From Dicyema japonicum (taxonomy: Eukaryota > Animalia > Dicyemida): a stretch of 64,000 bases of DNA. The notes beneath the pieces were generated by a model. The model was not told the DNA's origin and did no database searches. It worked only from the letters and a program-made list of their open reading frames with translations. A program made the translations under genes and the position numbers. This document shows, in pieces, positions 13,050 through 26,532 of the stretch. The stretch is taken from NCBI GenBank assembly GCA_011109175.1, contig RDEW01000061.1, positions 197,543 through 261,542 of the forward strand, written 5' to 3'. Position 1 is the stretch's first letter, and each line of letters begins with the position of its first letter.

Positions 13050-13760
13050 CAGATAATTTTATTGCAAAAACAAATAGGACTTCATTTTTATCTTTTTTAT
13101 CAATACCATTTCGAGTCCTGTCTCAAGCCCTTCGCGAAATTCACTTTTCTTCAAAGCTATCTTTTGTCGAATATTTGAGAGAAAGGCATCCGTCATTTCT
13201 TCCATGATCCCAGATGTTTCCATCGCAATAGACACGAAATGGTAGTTTTCCCGGAGTAGTTCGTACTCGTAATCCCCTTGTCTTACGCATCTTCAGATGA
13301 TTCTGTCGGCGGCAGCAACCTGTGGCGTCCCAAACGAGTAATTATCATATGGAAATAATGACATCCCATCGCCTCAGTCCAATCCTAAAAGTTCCAGTTA
13401 AGCCGGAAACCCAGCGGCCCTTTTGAGCCAGTAGAACAACGTCATTGTGAGTTGTGTGACGCGTAGCAGAAAACCTTGGGTGTCAATGTTCTTTCCACAA
13501 TAGCAGTTGTGTCGCTGGCATACATTCAATCGGAGTCGCAGTGTTACTCCGATTCTCAGGAAATTCTCGTCAAAGAATTTTCAGAGAAACGAGGATGGTA
13601 GGGTTTCAAACTGACCCACATTTCTACGATGCGCGGCATGTAAGTTGGTATTGGTTAGCTCCTGTCTTCACACCTTCTAACGTCTTTGTACTTTCAATAG
13701 AGTCCCAACTTCCCTGCTAGCGATGTCGGGCGATAATTTCATGTCCATCTCCACCACAAC
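13050..13760 (-). mobile_element. CRE-clade (RLE-type) non-LTR retrotransposon relic
   Basis: Minus-strand pieces HNCYCGKNIDTQG (zinc knuckle), LELLGLD*GDG..MSLFPY and NYHFVSIAMETSG; parallels the 62560-63540 copy. Confidence 0.6.
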
Positions 13761-13799
13761 ATACAAACTCAGTCGAACTCTGCACGCAAGAGGGATTTA

Positions 13800-14770
13800 A
13801 CTTAAGCTCTAACAACTTTATTAGCAAGGAAAATTAAAGAGGAAGTTATTTGGCCTCATGCCGCTTGTCCTGCTAAACGTTTGGACTCTTCTCTGTGCTC
13901 TCAGACCCTTATCATTTATTCTGTGCTGCTACATACGAGTCAATGATGGCATCTCTTTTCAGGTAGTTCTCCATCCTTTTTTCTGCTGCATTTCTTATCG
14001 ACATTACTAGCAAATTTTCATCTTCATCTAGCTTCTCGTCGAGTCTTTGTGTAGGGAAATCTTGATCTCTGCTCTCCTCGATTTTTCAAGAAGCAAGATA
14101 AAACGCTCTCTGTATGCAGTGTAATACCATCCTTCCAGTCCATAAAGAGTGATGGAATGATCGTACGTGAAAAAAATAAATAAAAACATATCCGTTTCGA
14201 GTCTCAATTTCTTCATACACAATAACGCATGGTGGGGTTTCTTCTTTTGATTTTAAAATCGCACAATGTGCTCCCAGATTTCTCAAAAGCTGTTCCGAGA
14301 TACTTCAGGGAGCTCAATGTTGATTCCGCATATGGAGTCTTTCTGATTTCCTTTACCATTCCTGACCGAGGAACATCATTTTTCTTCTGACAGTTTTAAC
14401 CCATAAAGACCGCACCAGTCTTTTATCTCTCCATGTACACATTGAATCTCCTCTCTGAGATCATGCTCGATCTCGACACATCAGACAGTAGCACGTCGTC
14501 TGCGTATATCAGAGATTTCGTACTCGGTGTAGACGGAGATAGGAAACCGGCCATTAGAACATTGAACAATAGAGGGCTCAAAATCGATCCTTGTGGGACT
14601 CCTCTCTTAAACAATATCATATTTGAAAAATAGCGTCTGCATCTAACATAGGATTTTCTTTTTTTTAAGTATACTTTCACCCAATTCACTAGTTCCTTTG
14701 GGCTCCCCGTCCGTGATAACTGATCGATTATGGATCTGTGGTTAACACTGTCAAATTCTTTTGACATGAG
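13800..14770 (-). mobile_element. 5'-truncated copy of the 1270-4880 LINE family
   Basis: High nucleotide similarity to 1273-2225; ORF with GVPQGSILSPLLFNV and YADD. Confidence 0.9.
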
Positions 14771-15679
14771 ACATATGACAAGGATAGGGGGATTTAATCC
14801 AATTCTTCCGTTTTTACAGAAAGTTTGCACGTCCATCACAGTTGATAGAAATTGACCTTAGTATTTACTCCATTAACTATCTCAGGGTATTATCAGCTGA
14901 TAGTAGTGCGCTCCGATATTCAAAGCAAGGTGATTTTTCAAGAAGTACACCACATTCGGCATTGCAATGCATTTCTTAGGAAAGTCAATCCAAAGAGAAT
15001 ATTTTCTCCATAAAAGCTTTTACTTTTTTTTTTATGAAACGAAGATTAGTTTTTAATGACATTTTATCAGAGGTAACTGTTTGAGTTGGGAGATTTCTTT
15101 CAAAACAAGTTAATAAATTCTTCTATGATTCTGACAAGAAAGATTATTATCAAAAACTGATCTTCTCTTGGCTTATGAAAACGACATATTTTTAGCATCA
15201 TAGGATCAAGATGTCTAAACAGCCACGGAGAGAATACAACATCTCCTGAACCGTTTATTTTTTTGCCTGAACGAAAACCGACTGAAAATTAGTCCTGAGA
15301 AATCCGTTGCATCCCTATTCTTCTCAGAGATAAATTGAAATTGAGGTGAATACGTAAACATCGGAATGATGTTCGCTACACATATGTGTTTCTCGCAAAA
15401 TATGCTAAACAAATGTGAGAAAAAATAAACCTGCTGAGAAGCCTAGCAAGGATAGGAAAATCTAGAACCATCCCGTTCTAAAAACGCTTCTTCGCAATAT
15501 ATTGAGCCTTGCATTTCTTATGCATGCGCCTCATCTCTTGACTAATGCTCAGAAAATTGGAGTGCACAAAGAGCTCCCTTTCTCAAAAGAGAGGGAGTTC
15601 TTAAGGAGAGTATCCGAAGAAATTTAACTCTTGGGGTCCACAGAAATGTGACCCAGTCTCAACGAAGTACTCCTCCTTC

Positions 15680-15890
15680 GTTATATTAGCTGGTGTATCC
15701 ATTCCAATCTCAATATATGTCCGAAGAGCCTCCATCTCATATCAGTGATCTCGAGACTCAAAGGACCAGTGGAGCAAACATTATATAAAGCAATCTTGTT
15801 TATTTTCTTTAAACAATTCAATCCGAACAATATCCTGAGCTTCCTTCCATTAAACAAATCTATCGCAGGTTTTTTAGTCATGGACATCGC
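15680..15890 (-). mobile_element. RTE-like C-terminal fragment
   Basis: PLSLEITDMRWRLFGHILRL, as in the RTE elements at 52.8-59.7 kb. Confidence 0.7.
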
Positions 15891-15916
15891 TTAGGAAAAC
15901 CTTCAGAATATCATGG

Positions 15917-16420
15917 TAGCTATATAGCATTTATTATTAAATCAACATACATAAAACCATAATAGCTATATTTTTACCCTACGGAATTAGAAACTATCAA
16001 ACTAATTAAGCGATTCACCATCCGTGGTAATGCCCAGCCTCTTTCAAGTCGTCCAAATTAAATTAAGTTTTAAATTTATTGAACCAGAATAACAACTCAT
16101 TAAGGTGATCCCGACTTCCTTAGCAGTCTTTGCATTACAGGACTTGAAGGAAATACCGTCCAAGGGAAACTCCTCTGGATGGTTGTTGACTAATGGTCCT
16201 GTTTGGATTTATTTAAATTATATCTGACGCTACCATAGATGGTGAACGTGATAACGGAAGCTAACAATTCAAGCTCCCTGCATCCAAAAAGGAAGAGGAG
16301 GAACAAAGAAACAAACAAAAAATCTTCAATTTAAGTAGCCACATAGCACTACACTAACTTCGGAGCAACATGGCAAGTCGTCCAAATGTTCTCAAATTTA
16401 ATTTTTAGCTATATAGCATT
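15917..16420 (-). mobile_element. Nested truncated LINE 3' ends with two pairs of target-site duplications
   Basis: Outer repeat tagctatatagcatt at 15917-15931 and 16406-16420; inner repeat caagtcgtccaaat at 16045-16058 and 16374-16387. Confidence 0.6.
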
Positions 16421-16530
16421 TAATTTCCCTAATTATAAGTTTTTTTTTAATTTGAGATTATTTTTAAATTTAAACTTAATTAGATTTGAAATTTTTTATT
16501 GTATAATTTGTTCTAGTTGGTTTCCCCATA

Positions 16531-17144
16531 ATGAGTAAAAAGTGCTCGGTTGCCCATTGGGATGAAGAACTATGCAAGGGAATTCTAACAAAAATTAAAG
16601 TATGACAAAATTCATCAAAACTAGGGGAATTTTTTAAAGTCAATGGGATATTCAAAAAATGGCGAAAATTATTTATTTCCGGAAGAAATGTTATTTTTAG
16701 TAAACAAAGTATCATTAAAATAATTTTTAAAGAATTGTTTAATTTGTACCTATAAGGAGGTCGCATTAAATCGTGAAAATACATTTAGTCTTATTTTACC
16801 ATCAATTGGATGTAATATATTCAAAGCTTACTCCGATTTGACCAAATTCGGTTATATTGTACGTCGACATATATTCTCGGGTTTATTGTTTGTTTTTGAT
16901 GTTTACTCACCAATTTTAATGTCTAGGTTTAAAAAATCTGTTTATTACCCGCCAAAATATAAACTTGTGGTCGCATCGTATTTCTCATTTTAACCGTTTT
17001 AGACCCAATGATGATATGGTGAAGTTGACTAAATCTTTCTTTAAGGACTTTCCCAATTCAAATCTTTTAATTTCTGTTGTTAATGAAGATACGACCGTTT
17101 ATATAAAAACTGAGCAATTTCAATTTAAAACACTCAATTTGTAA
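16531..17144 (+). CDS. TSEN54: tRNA-splicing endonuclease subunit Sen54 (compact); introns 16600-16624, 16709-16732, 16978-17002
   Basis: Spliced frame is open: GNFLKSMG..YLFPEEMLFLV..KAYSDLTKFGYIVRRH..FDVYSP..FKKS..PPKY; these are Sen54 signature motifs. Confidence 0.85.
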
Positions 17145-17499
17145 GATTTGATTTGTAATTTTTCTCATTTAAAATGTCGATTTTTTACTTCAGTCTGTGA
17201 GCCTTAATTGTAGGTTTTATTTTTATTATAAAACTAGTCATATTAGCTCTCATCCTATTCATGCAGCTTGGGCAGATCATCTTCGAGTTTTTTCAATATT
17301 TATTAAATGTTGTTACTAAAAAGGGAAAATATCAAGAGTTTTTATTAAATGAATTCTATGGACTTAGTGGAATATGACAAAAACTGAAAAGAAAACAGTT
17401 AAGGTACAAAAATTCGAAACTGATTATTATTATTAATCCCAGACTTACAATCTTTGGTAAGCCCATAAAAACAGTCCCTGACCAAATCCTCTAAAGAAG

Positions 17500-17890
17500 T
17501 TACATTATGAAAACTATTCCGCCTAAGAATGAAGTGATGTCCGCGACGGTAGGACATGTGATGAAAATCCGAGCGGAAGGCTGTAATGTACTGTTGGAAG
17601 ATGAATTTGGTCGGCTGATTTTATTACAAATAATTCGAGTTTGACATGTTAAAGCTTTTAATCAATTGGAGATAGGAATTAAAGATTCGGTCAAGACGAA
17701 TAACTTAGGGTCATCAGCGAAAAAAAGACATACAGCGTCTCATATTAAATGACCATGTCACCATCCTTCACCACAGAATAAACCAAAAGAGGGGTCTGAG
17801 GGCGCATAGGAGAGTCAAAGCTATGTCACTTGTGGTAAGAAACCGCAAATTAATACCCTCTACTTTCCTTTGTTAATAAAGTTTGCTTAA
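17500..17890 (+). mobile_element. LINE 3' fragment (related to 59830-60250 and 34850-34990)
   Basis: Shared gaggggtctgagg..gca..ggagagtc..cttgtggtaagaa..ttgttaataaa tail. Confidence 0.55.
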
Positions 17891-18165
17891 GTTAAACTTC
17901 AAAATCTTAATTAGTGTCATGTCCTTTTTGATTTTTTGTAACTTTAATTAGTGATTTGGGGTCCGTCTGTCTGTTTCAATCTTATGATGGGCGAGATATA
18001 ATTCTACATGCATCGGTTACTTTCTTTGTTTAGAACTTCTTGTTTCTGATGCCTCTTAACAACTTTCATTAAGAATAAATGGCAATAATAAATTAATCTT
18101 AAATACTCAAAAATAACGAATTTAGCAAATAAACCATTAATGTCTTCAAATTAAAAATTAGTAAA

Positions 18166-19358
18166 TTAAAATTCCAATTTAATGAAATAAACAACATTTC
18201 CACTACAAAAAGCTACCAATTTTTTATGTGAATTTAATTCAGCATCAGAACAATTGACGGAATTTGGGAGATCAATCACCGTTGCAATTTCCTACAAACA
18301 GATTAAACAAAATTAATACGATTTGCCTGTCATATGAATATAGAAGAAAATTATTTTTATGAGTTCCATTGCATATTATGTAATCATTTGATATCCACTT
18401 TCCACCATAAAGCTTAGTTATGTAAAATTTTACAAAAGACTTGTACGATGAATTTTGGGGAATATTCCTTACTAGTCGTCCACTGTCATAATCCCAAATC
18501 TGTAAAATCATTAAAATATTCTTGTAACCTGAATTGGATTGTTATATTGCCAAGAAGCTGTTAGGATTAACTTTTTATTCGGATGAATGTCGATTCCTTC
18601 TCCGCAGATATGTGGGCCGTAAATATGTCTAAAATAAGATATAATAAACCACCTTTTTGATTCTTTAAATCTGTTGTCCCAAAACTAAAAGTTTTTCAAA
18701 AATTGTAACTTACCTGAATTGTGTTATCCCACCCACCAGTTAAAAACTCATTATCTGAATGGTAGACTGCAGCGAATACCGCCATATTATGCCCTGTGAC
18801 GATATTTTTGCTATATCTAAAGATTAAAACCAATAAACCCTTTCGAAAAATGAAATATATTATCTCCAGATTTCACGTCGTAAAGATAAATATCAGAAGT
18901 GTTCCCAACAGACACAAATTTGTCGAAACTTGGATTGACTGCCAGCGAGAATATTTGTCGACTTTCACAAATTGTTTTTATGCAGACCCTATCTTCATAA
19001 TTCCAAAATTTAATAATTCCAGTGGCATCTAGATTAATGTAAGCAATACAAGAAGCAATTAAAATATCGTCATTGTCAATATATCTTATACACGTGCATG
19101 GTGTTTTTGCTTGCATAATTTCTTCATCAATAAGTTTTGAGAGTTCATAGTTTAAATTTACATTAATGATCTTAATTGATAGAATGTTATATACCTGTAT
19201 TTTGCCACATGAGAGACCAATCGACAAAATGCTACTTTTCTTTGTAAATTTACAGCACATAATCGGTGATTCTAAGACTCTTATTATAACGAATATAAAT
19301 ACAATTTTTTGATAAATTGAATTGGTCCATGAATATTTGACAGACCATGTAGGTGCAT
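18166..19358 (-). CDS. WD40-repeat protein, multi-exon with tiny introns
   Basis: Spliced pieces SPIMCCKFTKKSSILSIGLSCGKIQ, ASYATGIIKFWNY, FVSVGNTSDIYLYD, LQIWDYDSG; start codon is inferred. Confidence 0.75.
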
Positions 19359-19539
19359 CTACTCAAAAACATTAATTTCCGGTTTTGGTTCTTTTATAAT
19401 TATTAAATCAATTGTTATAATTACGCCTATTCTATTTTTTGATTATTCCTACTTTCAAATTAATTTGCGGTTAAATAAAATTAATAAAAAAATTTATAAA
19501 CGAAAAGTTAGCAGTCATGACAATATCTCCATTATGACT

Positions 19540-19830
19540 TGCAGGCATTGAACGCGGAATGGGAGTTATCTCTCATAATCGTAAGAAAAATGATATGGAA
19601 AAGTTATCGCGTCATTCTAGAGTCACCATTACTGCAGTTCTGCAAGCCGCCGATTAACAAAATTAATTCAGACGTACTCGGACCAAAACGGCAGACGTCT
19701 AAACGGAAATCGACTGGAAAGTAAACGTTCCCTAAGGCCGCAAAATTTCGAAAAATCAAATCTTAACGAGTACTCAATGTGGTTCCAGCGAGAAGAAGAA
19801 ATTAATTGAATTCAGATAAAGGTTATTTAC
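19540..19830 (+). mobile_element. hAT-like transposase C-terminal relic (second fragment at ~60905-61000)
   Basis: SKRSLRPQNFEKSNL resembles the hAT dimerisation region; 19540-19620 aligns with 60905-60990. Confidence 0.4.
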
Positions 19831-20558
19831 TTTAAATTTATTGAATAAAAAAAACCACCGCAAAACCAAAACGAGAAATTTAGGTAAAAAAATTAATAAC
19901 AATAATCATCACAAGTAGATTTTAAGAAAAAAGCATGGAATATCACATTCAACAACTGTGAAATAGCAAAAAGACTCGTCGCTTCAAAAGTTGGATCTTA
20001 TTGACGAGAGACAGTCAAAATTTTAAATGATTAGATTAACATAGTCGTTGAGACGAGTTAAAAGAAACTAAATGATTTTGAAGGTTAGTTGTATCTCCCA
20101 CAAAACTTAACGGATCAAGATAATTTTTTAGCTGGTAAAATTTACATAACAATGAGTAGTGTGAATATATTATTGAAGAGATTGGACATGGCTATCGGGT
20201 GTTACAAGAACTTGTTGATGTGTTAAAATTTCACCTATGTACTAAAAATAATCTTTAATAAGTTTAATATGCGGAATTAATTCACTATATGAATGTAAAA
20301 CATATATATTATTGTGGGATGAGTACTTCAATAGAGAGATCAAAGTGTAAGGGAGGAATTCGAACACATTATAACTAACAAATAATGAAACATATTGAAG
20401 GAAAAAGGGCGGGGTATTATTCACGTCGATGAGGAAAAGAAAATGAGTTAAAAATATATCAGCATTTATTGGTAAAAACTGTTTAAAATGCAAAACTCGG
20501 TGAGACTATCTCTATTAAAAGATGTGAATAATATTTAGGCATTTTTACAAGGAATAAA

Positions 20559-20650
20559 GTGTACGATCATACTTGGCCGTAAGCACCCGTTCTCAGCCGA
20601 CCACGGAAGTTAAGCGGTTATAGGCTGTGTTAGTACTTGGCTGGGTGACC
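20559..20650 (+). rRNA. 5S rRNA, cut by assembly gap
   Basis: First 92 nt of the array 5S. Confidence 0.9.
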
Positions 20651-20702
20651 NNNNNNNNNNNNNNNNNNNNNNNNNNNNNNNNNNNNNNNNNNNNNNNNNN
20701 AA

Positions 20703-20820
20703 GTGTACGATCATACTTGGCCGTAAGCACCCGTTCTCAGCCGACCACGGAAGTTAAGCGGTTATAGGCTGTGTTAGTACTTGGCTGGGTGACCGCCTGG
20801 GAACTCACAGTGTCGTACTT
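20703..20820 (+). rRNA. 5S rRNA
   Basis: gtacgatcatac..cggaagttaagc..gttagtacttggctgggtgaccgcctgggaa..tcgtac followed by an oligo-T terminator; helix I is gtacga/tcgtac. Confidence 0.96.
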
Positions 20821-22616
20821 TTTTATTTTTATTAATAATAATTTATTATTAGACCATGCGAAGATTTTTCGGAATTTTATTATTCAAGTCCCGGATATGC
20901 AAGTATGGTAGCATTGTTATTAGTTAGACATGAAAGCAGACTCGGAAATTCTCCAAAAACTCAATTTAAAAGCCAAAAGGTGGTTGATAGAGAAACAGGG
21001 AAAATAAATTGGATTAGTTTCTAGATTATTACGCCAAGCTATATTTTTTAACTTAATATAAATGATTTCAATGCGTCTAAGACAAGTTGGACTAAAAGCT
21101 AAATGAATACCTTTTAAATTTTTTATTTAATTACTACATTTGACACAGCTGTCAAGGCTAATATATTATAAATTTCAACATCAAGAAAATGATCCACGTG
21201 GTCTTGATGACATGGTCAAGTCTCATATGTGGACTCAAAATAAATCGGACTTCATTTCCAATTATAAATATTCAAATCAGTAAAAAAATACGCTTATTAA
21301 ATTAATAGAAAAAGTAGCTTTTATTATCTACATAAAATTAATATAATCGCGTTTTTAGGCCTAAAACAAGCACTTTTATGGAGTGCTGTAATGGAATCAA
21401 TTCTTTTTGATTTAACCACTTTTTCCCAACTTTTTTTGGATACACACTTGCACATATGTTGGCCTTTTATGACTCACATACCTGACCGGTCCTTAGGTCT
21501 CCCAGAGACAAGATAATAAGATTTTTCGTTGTGGAAATTCTTTGATGAGTTTAACGAATTTAAACCTTTTGATGTGGAGTGGCTTTCAATTCTAAATTCA
21601 AAAAATTCCAACTTTAATCTTATCTAACATTTTATTAAAGATATCAGATATGGGCACAATGGGGGACAGCCCACGTGTCTAAAAATATGAACTTTATTTT
21701 TTAATCTGACAAAATAGTCATTCTTCTTAAATAAACAATGCAAAATTATTAATTTAAATATTCTTAAGACACTTAATTCAAAGCAAAAATGTACAGAATC
21801 TAAAATCCACGTGGTAAAAGTTTTTCGAAAGTGGAAGATAATATAACTGAAATTCTTTATAATTCTAAATAATGATGATGGTAAAGTATCGTTACAATCG
21901 CTTATTTTTCGAGGTAAATTAGGCAAACGAATTTGTCTGGACCTCTAGTAGACAATAAATTTCAAATATGTGTACTCTGAGTTGTTAAATAAACTAATTG
22001 GTGTTTTAGATAATGTTAATTAATGTAATTAATTAAACAAAGCTTTTAAGTAATCTCTAGTCAGTTCCATGACCCTCAAAATGTAGATTAATTAGATTAA
22101 CATAGTCGTTGAGACGAGTTAAAAGAAACTAAATGATTTTGAAGGTTAGTTGTATCTCCCACAAAACTTAAGGATCAAGATAATTTTTTAGCTGGTAAAA
22201 TTTACATAACAATGAGTAGTGTGAATATATTATTGAAGAGATTGGACATGGCTATCGGGTGTTACAAGAACTTGTTGATGTGTTAAAATTTCACCTATGT
22301 ACTAAAAATAATCTTTAATAAGTTTAATATGCGGAATTAATTCACTGTATGAATGTAAAACATATATATTATTGTGGGATGAGTACTTCAATAGAGAGAT
22401 CAAAGTGTAAGGGAGGAATTCGAACACATTATAACTAACAAATAATGAAACATATTGAAGGAAAAAGGGCGGGGTATTATTCACGTCGATGAGGAAAAGA
22501 AAATGAGTTAAAAATATATCAGCATTTATTGGTAAAAACTGTTTAAAATGCAAAACTCGCTGAGACTATCTCTATTAAAAGATGTGAATAATATTTAGGC
22601 ATTTTTACAAAAATAA

Positions 22617-22734
22617 ATGTACGATCATACTTGGCCGTAAGCACCCGTTCTCAGCCGACCACGGAAGTTAAGCGGTTATAGGCTGTGTTAGTACTTGGCT
22701 GGGTGACCGCCTGGGAACTCACAGTGTCGTACTT
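22617..22734 (+). rRNA. 5S rRNA
   Basis: Same sequence, oligo-T terminator. Confidence 0.96.
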
Positions 22735-24515
22735 TTTTATTTTTATTAATAATAATTTATTATTAGACCATGCGAAGATTTTTCGGAATTTTATTATGCA
22801 AGTATGGTAGCATTGTTATTAGTTAGACATGAAGGCAGGCTCGGAAATTCTCCAAAGGCTTAATTTGAATGGCAGGAAAGGGTTGATAGAGAAACAGGGA
22901 AAATAAATTGGATTAGTTTCTAGATTATTAAGCCAATATTATTTTTTTAACTTAATATAAATGATTTCAATGCGTCTAAGACAAGTTGGACTAAAGGCTA
23001 AATGAATACCTTTTAATTTTTTTATTTAATTACTACATTTGACACAGCTGTCAAGGCTAATATATTATAAATTTCAACATCAAGAAAATTATCCACGTGG
23101 TCTTGATGACATGGTCAAGTCTCATATGTGGACTCAAAATAAATCGGGCTTCATTTCCAATTAGAAATATTCAAATCAGTAAAAAAATACGCTTATTAAA
23201 TTAATAGAAAAAGTAGCTTTTATTATCTAAATAAAATTAATATAATCGCGTTTTTAGGCCTAAAACAAGCACTTTTATGGAGTGCTGTAATGGAATCAAT
23301 TCTTTTTGATTTAACCACTTTTTCCCAACTTTTTTTGGATACACACTTGCACATATGTTGGCCTTTTATGACTCACATACCTGACCGGTCCTTAGGTCTC
23401 CCAGAGACAAGATAATAAGATTTTTCGTTGTGGAAATTCTTTGATGAGTTTAACGAATTTAAACCTTTTGATGTGGAGTGGCTTTCAATTCTAAATTCAA
23501 AAAATTCCAACTTTAATCTTATCTAACATTTTATTAAAGATATCAGATATGGGCACAATGGGGGACAGCCCACGTGTCTAAAAATATGAACTTTATTTTT
23601 TAATCTGACAAAATAGTCATTCTTCTTAAATAAACAATGCAAAATTATTAATTTAAATATTCTTAAGACACTTAATTCAAAGCAAAAATGTACAGAATCT
23701 AAAATCCACGTGGTAAAAGTTTTTCGAAAGTGGAAGATAATATAACTGAAATTCTTTATAATTCTAAATAATGATGATGGTAAAGTATCGTTACAATCGC
23801 TTATTTTTCGAGGTAAATTAGGCAAACGAATTTGTCTGGACCTCTAGTAGACAATAAATTTCAAATATGTGTACTCTGAGTTGTTAAATAAACTAATTGG
23901 TGTTTTAGATAATGTTAATTAATGTAATTAATTAAACAAAGCTTTTAAGTAATCTCTAGTCAGTTCCATGACCCTCAAAATGTAGATTAATTAGATTAAC
24001 ATAGTCGTTGAGACGAGTTAAAAGAAACTAAATGATTTTGAAGGTTAGTTGTATCTCCCACAAAACTTAAGGATCAAGATAATTTTTTAGCTGGTAAAAT
24101 TTACATAACAATGAGTAGTGTGAATATATTATTGAAGAGATTGGACATGGCTATCGGGTGTTACAAGAACTTGTTGATGTGTTAAAATTTCACCTATGTA
24201 CTAAAAATAATCTTTAATAAGTTTAATATGCGGAATTAATTCACTGTATGAATGTAAAACATATATATTATTGTGGGATGAGTACTTCAATAGAGAGATC
24301 AAAGTGTAAGGGAGGAATTCGAACACATTATAACTAACAAATAATGAAACATATTGAAGGAAAAAGGGCGGGGTATTATTCACGTCGATGAGGAAAAGAA
24401 AATGAGTTAAAAATATATCAGCATTTATTGGTAAAAACTGTTTAAAATGCAAAACTCGCTGAGACTATCTCTATTAAAAGATGTGAATAATATTTAGGCA
24501 TTTTTACAAAAATAA

Positions 24516-24633
24516 ATGTACGATCATACTTGGCCGTAAGCACCCGTTCTCAGCCGACCACGGAAGTTAAGCGGTTATAGGCTGTGTTAGTACTTGGCTG
24601 GGTGACCGCCTGGGAACTCACAGTGTCGTACTT
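24516..24633 (+). rRNA. 5S rRNA
   Basis: Same sequence, oligo-T terminator. Confidence 0.96.
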
Positions 24634-26414
24634 TTTTATTTTTATTAATAATAATTTATTATTAGACCATGCGAAGATTTTTCGGAATTTTATTATGCAA
24701 GTATGGTAGCATTGTTATTAGTTAGACATGAAGGCAGGCTCGGAAATTCTCCAAAGGCTCAATTTGAAAGCCAGGAAGGGTTGACAGAGAAACAGGGAAA
24801 ATAAATTGGATTAGTTTCTAGATTATTACGCCAAGCTATATTTTTTAACTTAATATAAATGATTTCAATGCGTCTAAGACAAGTTGGACTAAAGGCTAAA
24901 TGAATACCTTTTAAATTTTTTATTTAATTACTACATTTGACACAGCTGTCAAGGCTAATATATTATAAATTTCAACATCAAGAAAATGATCCACGTGGTC
25001 TTGATGACATGGTCAAGTCTCATATGTGGACTCAAAATAAATCGGGCTTCATTTCCAATTATAAATATTCAAATCAGTAAAAAAATACGCTTATTAAATT
25101 AATAGAAAAAGTAGCTTTTATTATCTACATAAAATTAATATAATCGCGTTTTTAGGCCTAAAACAAGCACTTTTATGGAGTGCTGTAATGGAATCAATTC
25201 TTTTTGATTTAACCACTTTTTCCCAACTTTTTTTGGATACACACTTGCACATATGTTGGCCTTTTATGACTCACATACCTGACCGGTCCTTAGGTCTCCC
25301 AGAGACAAGATAATAAGATTTTTCGTTGTGGAAATTCTTTGATGAGTTTAACGAATTTAAACCTTTTGATGTGGAGTGGCTTTCAATTCTAAATTCAAAA
25401 AATTCCAACTTTAATCTTATCTAACATTTTATTAAAGATATCAGATATGGGCACAATGGGGGACAGCCCACGTGTCTAAAAATATGAACTTTATTTTTTA
25501 ATCTGACAAAATAGTCATTCTTCTTAAATAAACAATGCAAAATTATTAATTTAAATATTCTTAAGACACTTAATTCAAAGCAAAAATGTACAGAATCTAA
25601 AATCCACGTGGTAAAAGTTTTTCGAAAGTGGAAGATAATATAACTGAAATTCTTTATAATTCTAAATAATGATGATGGTAAAGTATCGTTACAATCGCTT
25701 ATTTTTCGAGGTAAATTAGGCAAACGAATTTGTCTGGACCTCTAGTAGACAATAAATTTCAAATATGTGTACTCTGAGTTGTTAAATAAACTAATTGGTG
25801 TTTTAGATAATGTTAATTAATGTAATTAATTAAACAAAGCTTTTAAGTAATCTCTAGTCAGTTCCATGACCCTCAAAATGTAGATTAATTAGATTAACAT
25901 AGTCGTTGAGACGAGTTAAAAGAAACTAAATGATTTTGAAGGTTAGTTGTATCTCCCACAAAACTTAAGGATCAAGATAATTTTTTAGCTGGTAAAATTT
26001 ACATAACAATGAGTAGTGTGAATATATTATTGAAGAGATTGGACATGGCTATCGGGTGTTACAAGAACTTGTTGATGTGTTAAAATTTCACCTATGTACT
26101 AAAAATAATCTTTAATAAGTTTAATATGCGGAATTAATTCACTGTATGAATGTAAAACATATATATTATTGTGGGATGAGTACTTCAATAGAGAGATCAA
26201 AGTGTAAGGGAGGAATTCGAACACATTATAACTAACAAATAATGAAACATATTGAAGGAAAAAGGGCGGGGTATTATTCACGTCGATGAGGAAAAGAAAA
26301 TGAGTTAAAAATATATCAGCATTTATTGGTAAAAACTGTTTAAAATGCAAAACTCGCTGAGACTATCTCTATTAAAAGATGTGAATAATATTTAGGCATT
26401 TTTACAAAAATAAA

Positions 26415-26532
26415 ATGTACGATCATACTTGGCCGTAAGCACCCGTTCTCAGCCGACCACGGAAGTTAAGCGGTTATAGGCTGTGTTAGTACTTGGCTGG
26501 GTGACCGCCTGGGAACTCACAGTGTCGTACTT
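26415..26532 (+). rRNA. 5S rRNA
   Basis: Same sequence, oligo-T terminator. Confidence 0.96.

Noticed and set aside
17174-17390. Small gene downstream of TSEN54 (possible selenoprotein-like TGA read-through)
   Set aside because: It needs a frameshift or TGA read-through, has no homology, and I saw no SECIS.
20559-20820. Two 5S genes only 144 bp apart
   Set aside because: They flank the 50-N gap and probably represent a collapsed array rather than real spacing.
20830-22600. SL RNA or U snRNA linked to 5S
   Set aside because: I could not match U1/U2/U4/U5/U6 signatures; Sm-like AUUUUG strings are expected by chance at this AT content.
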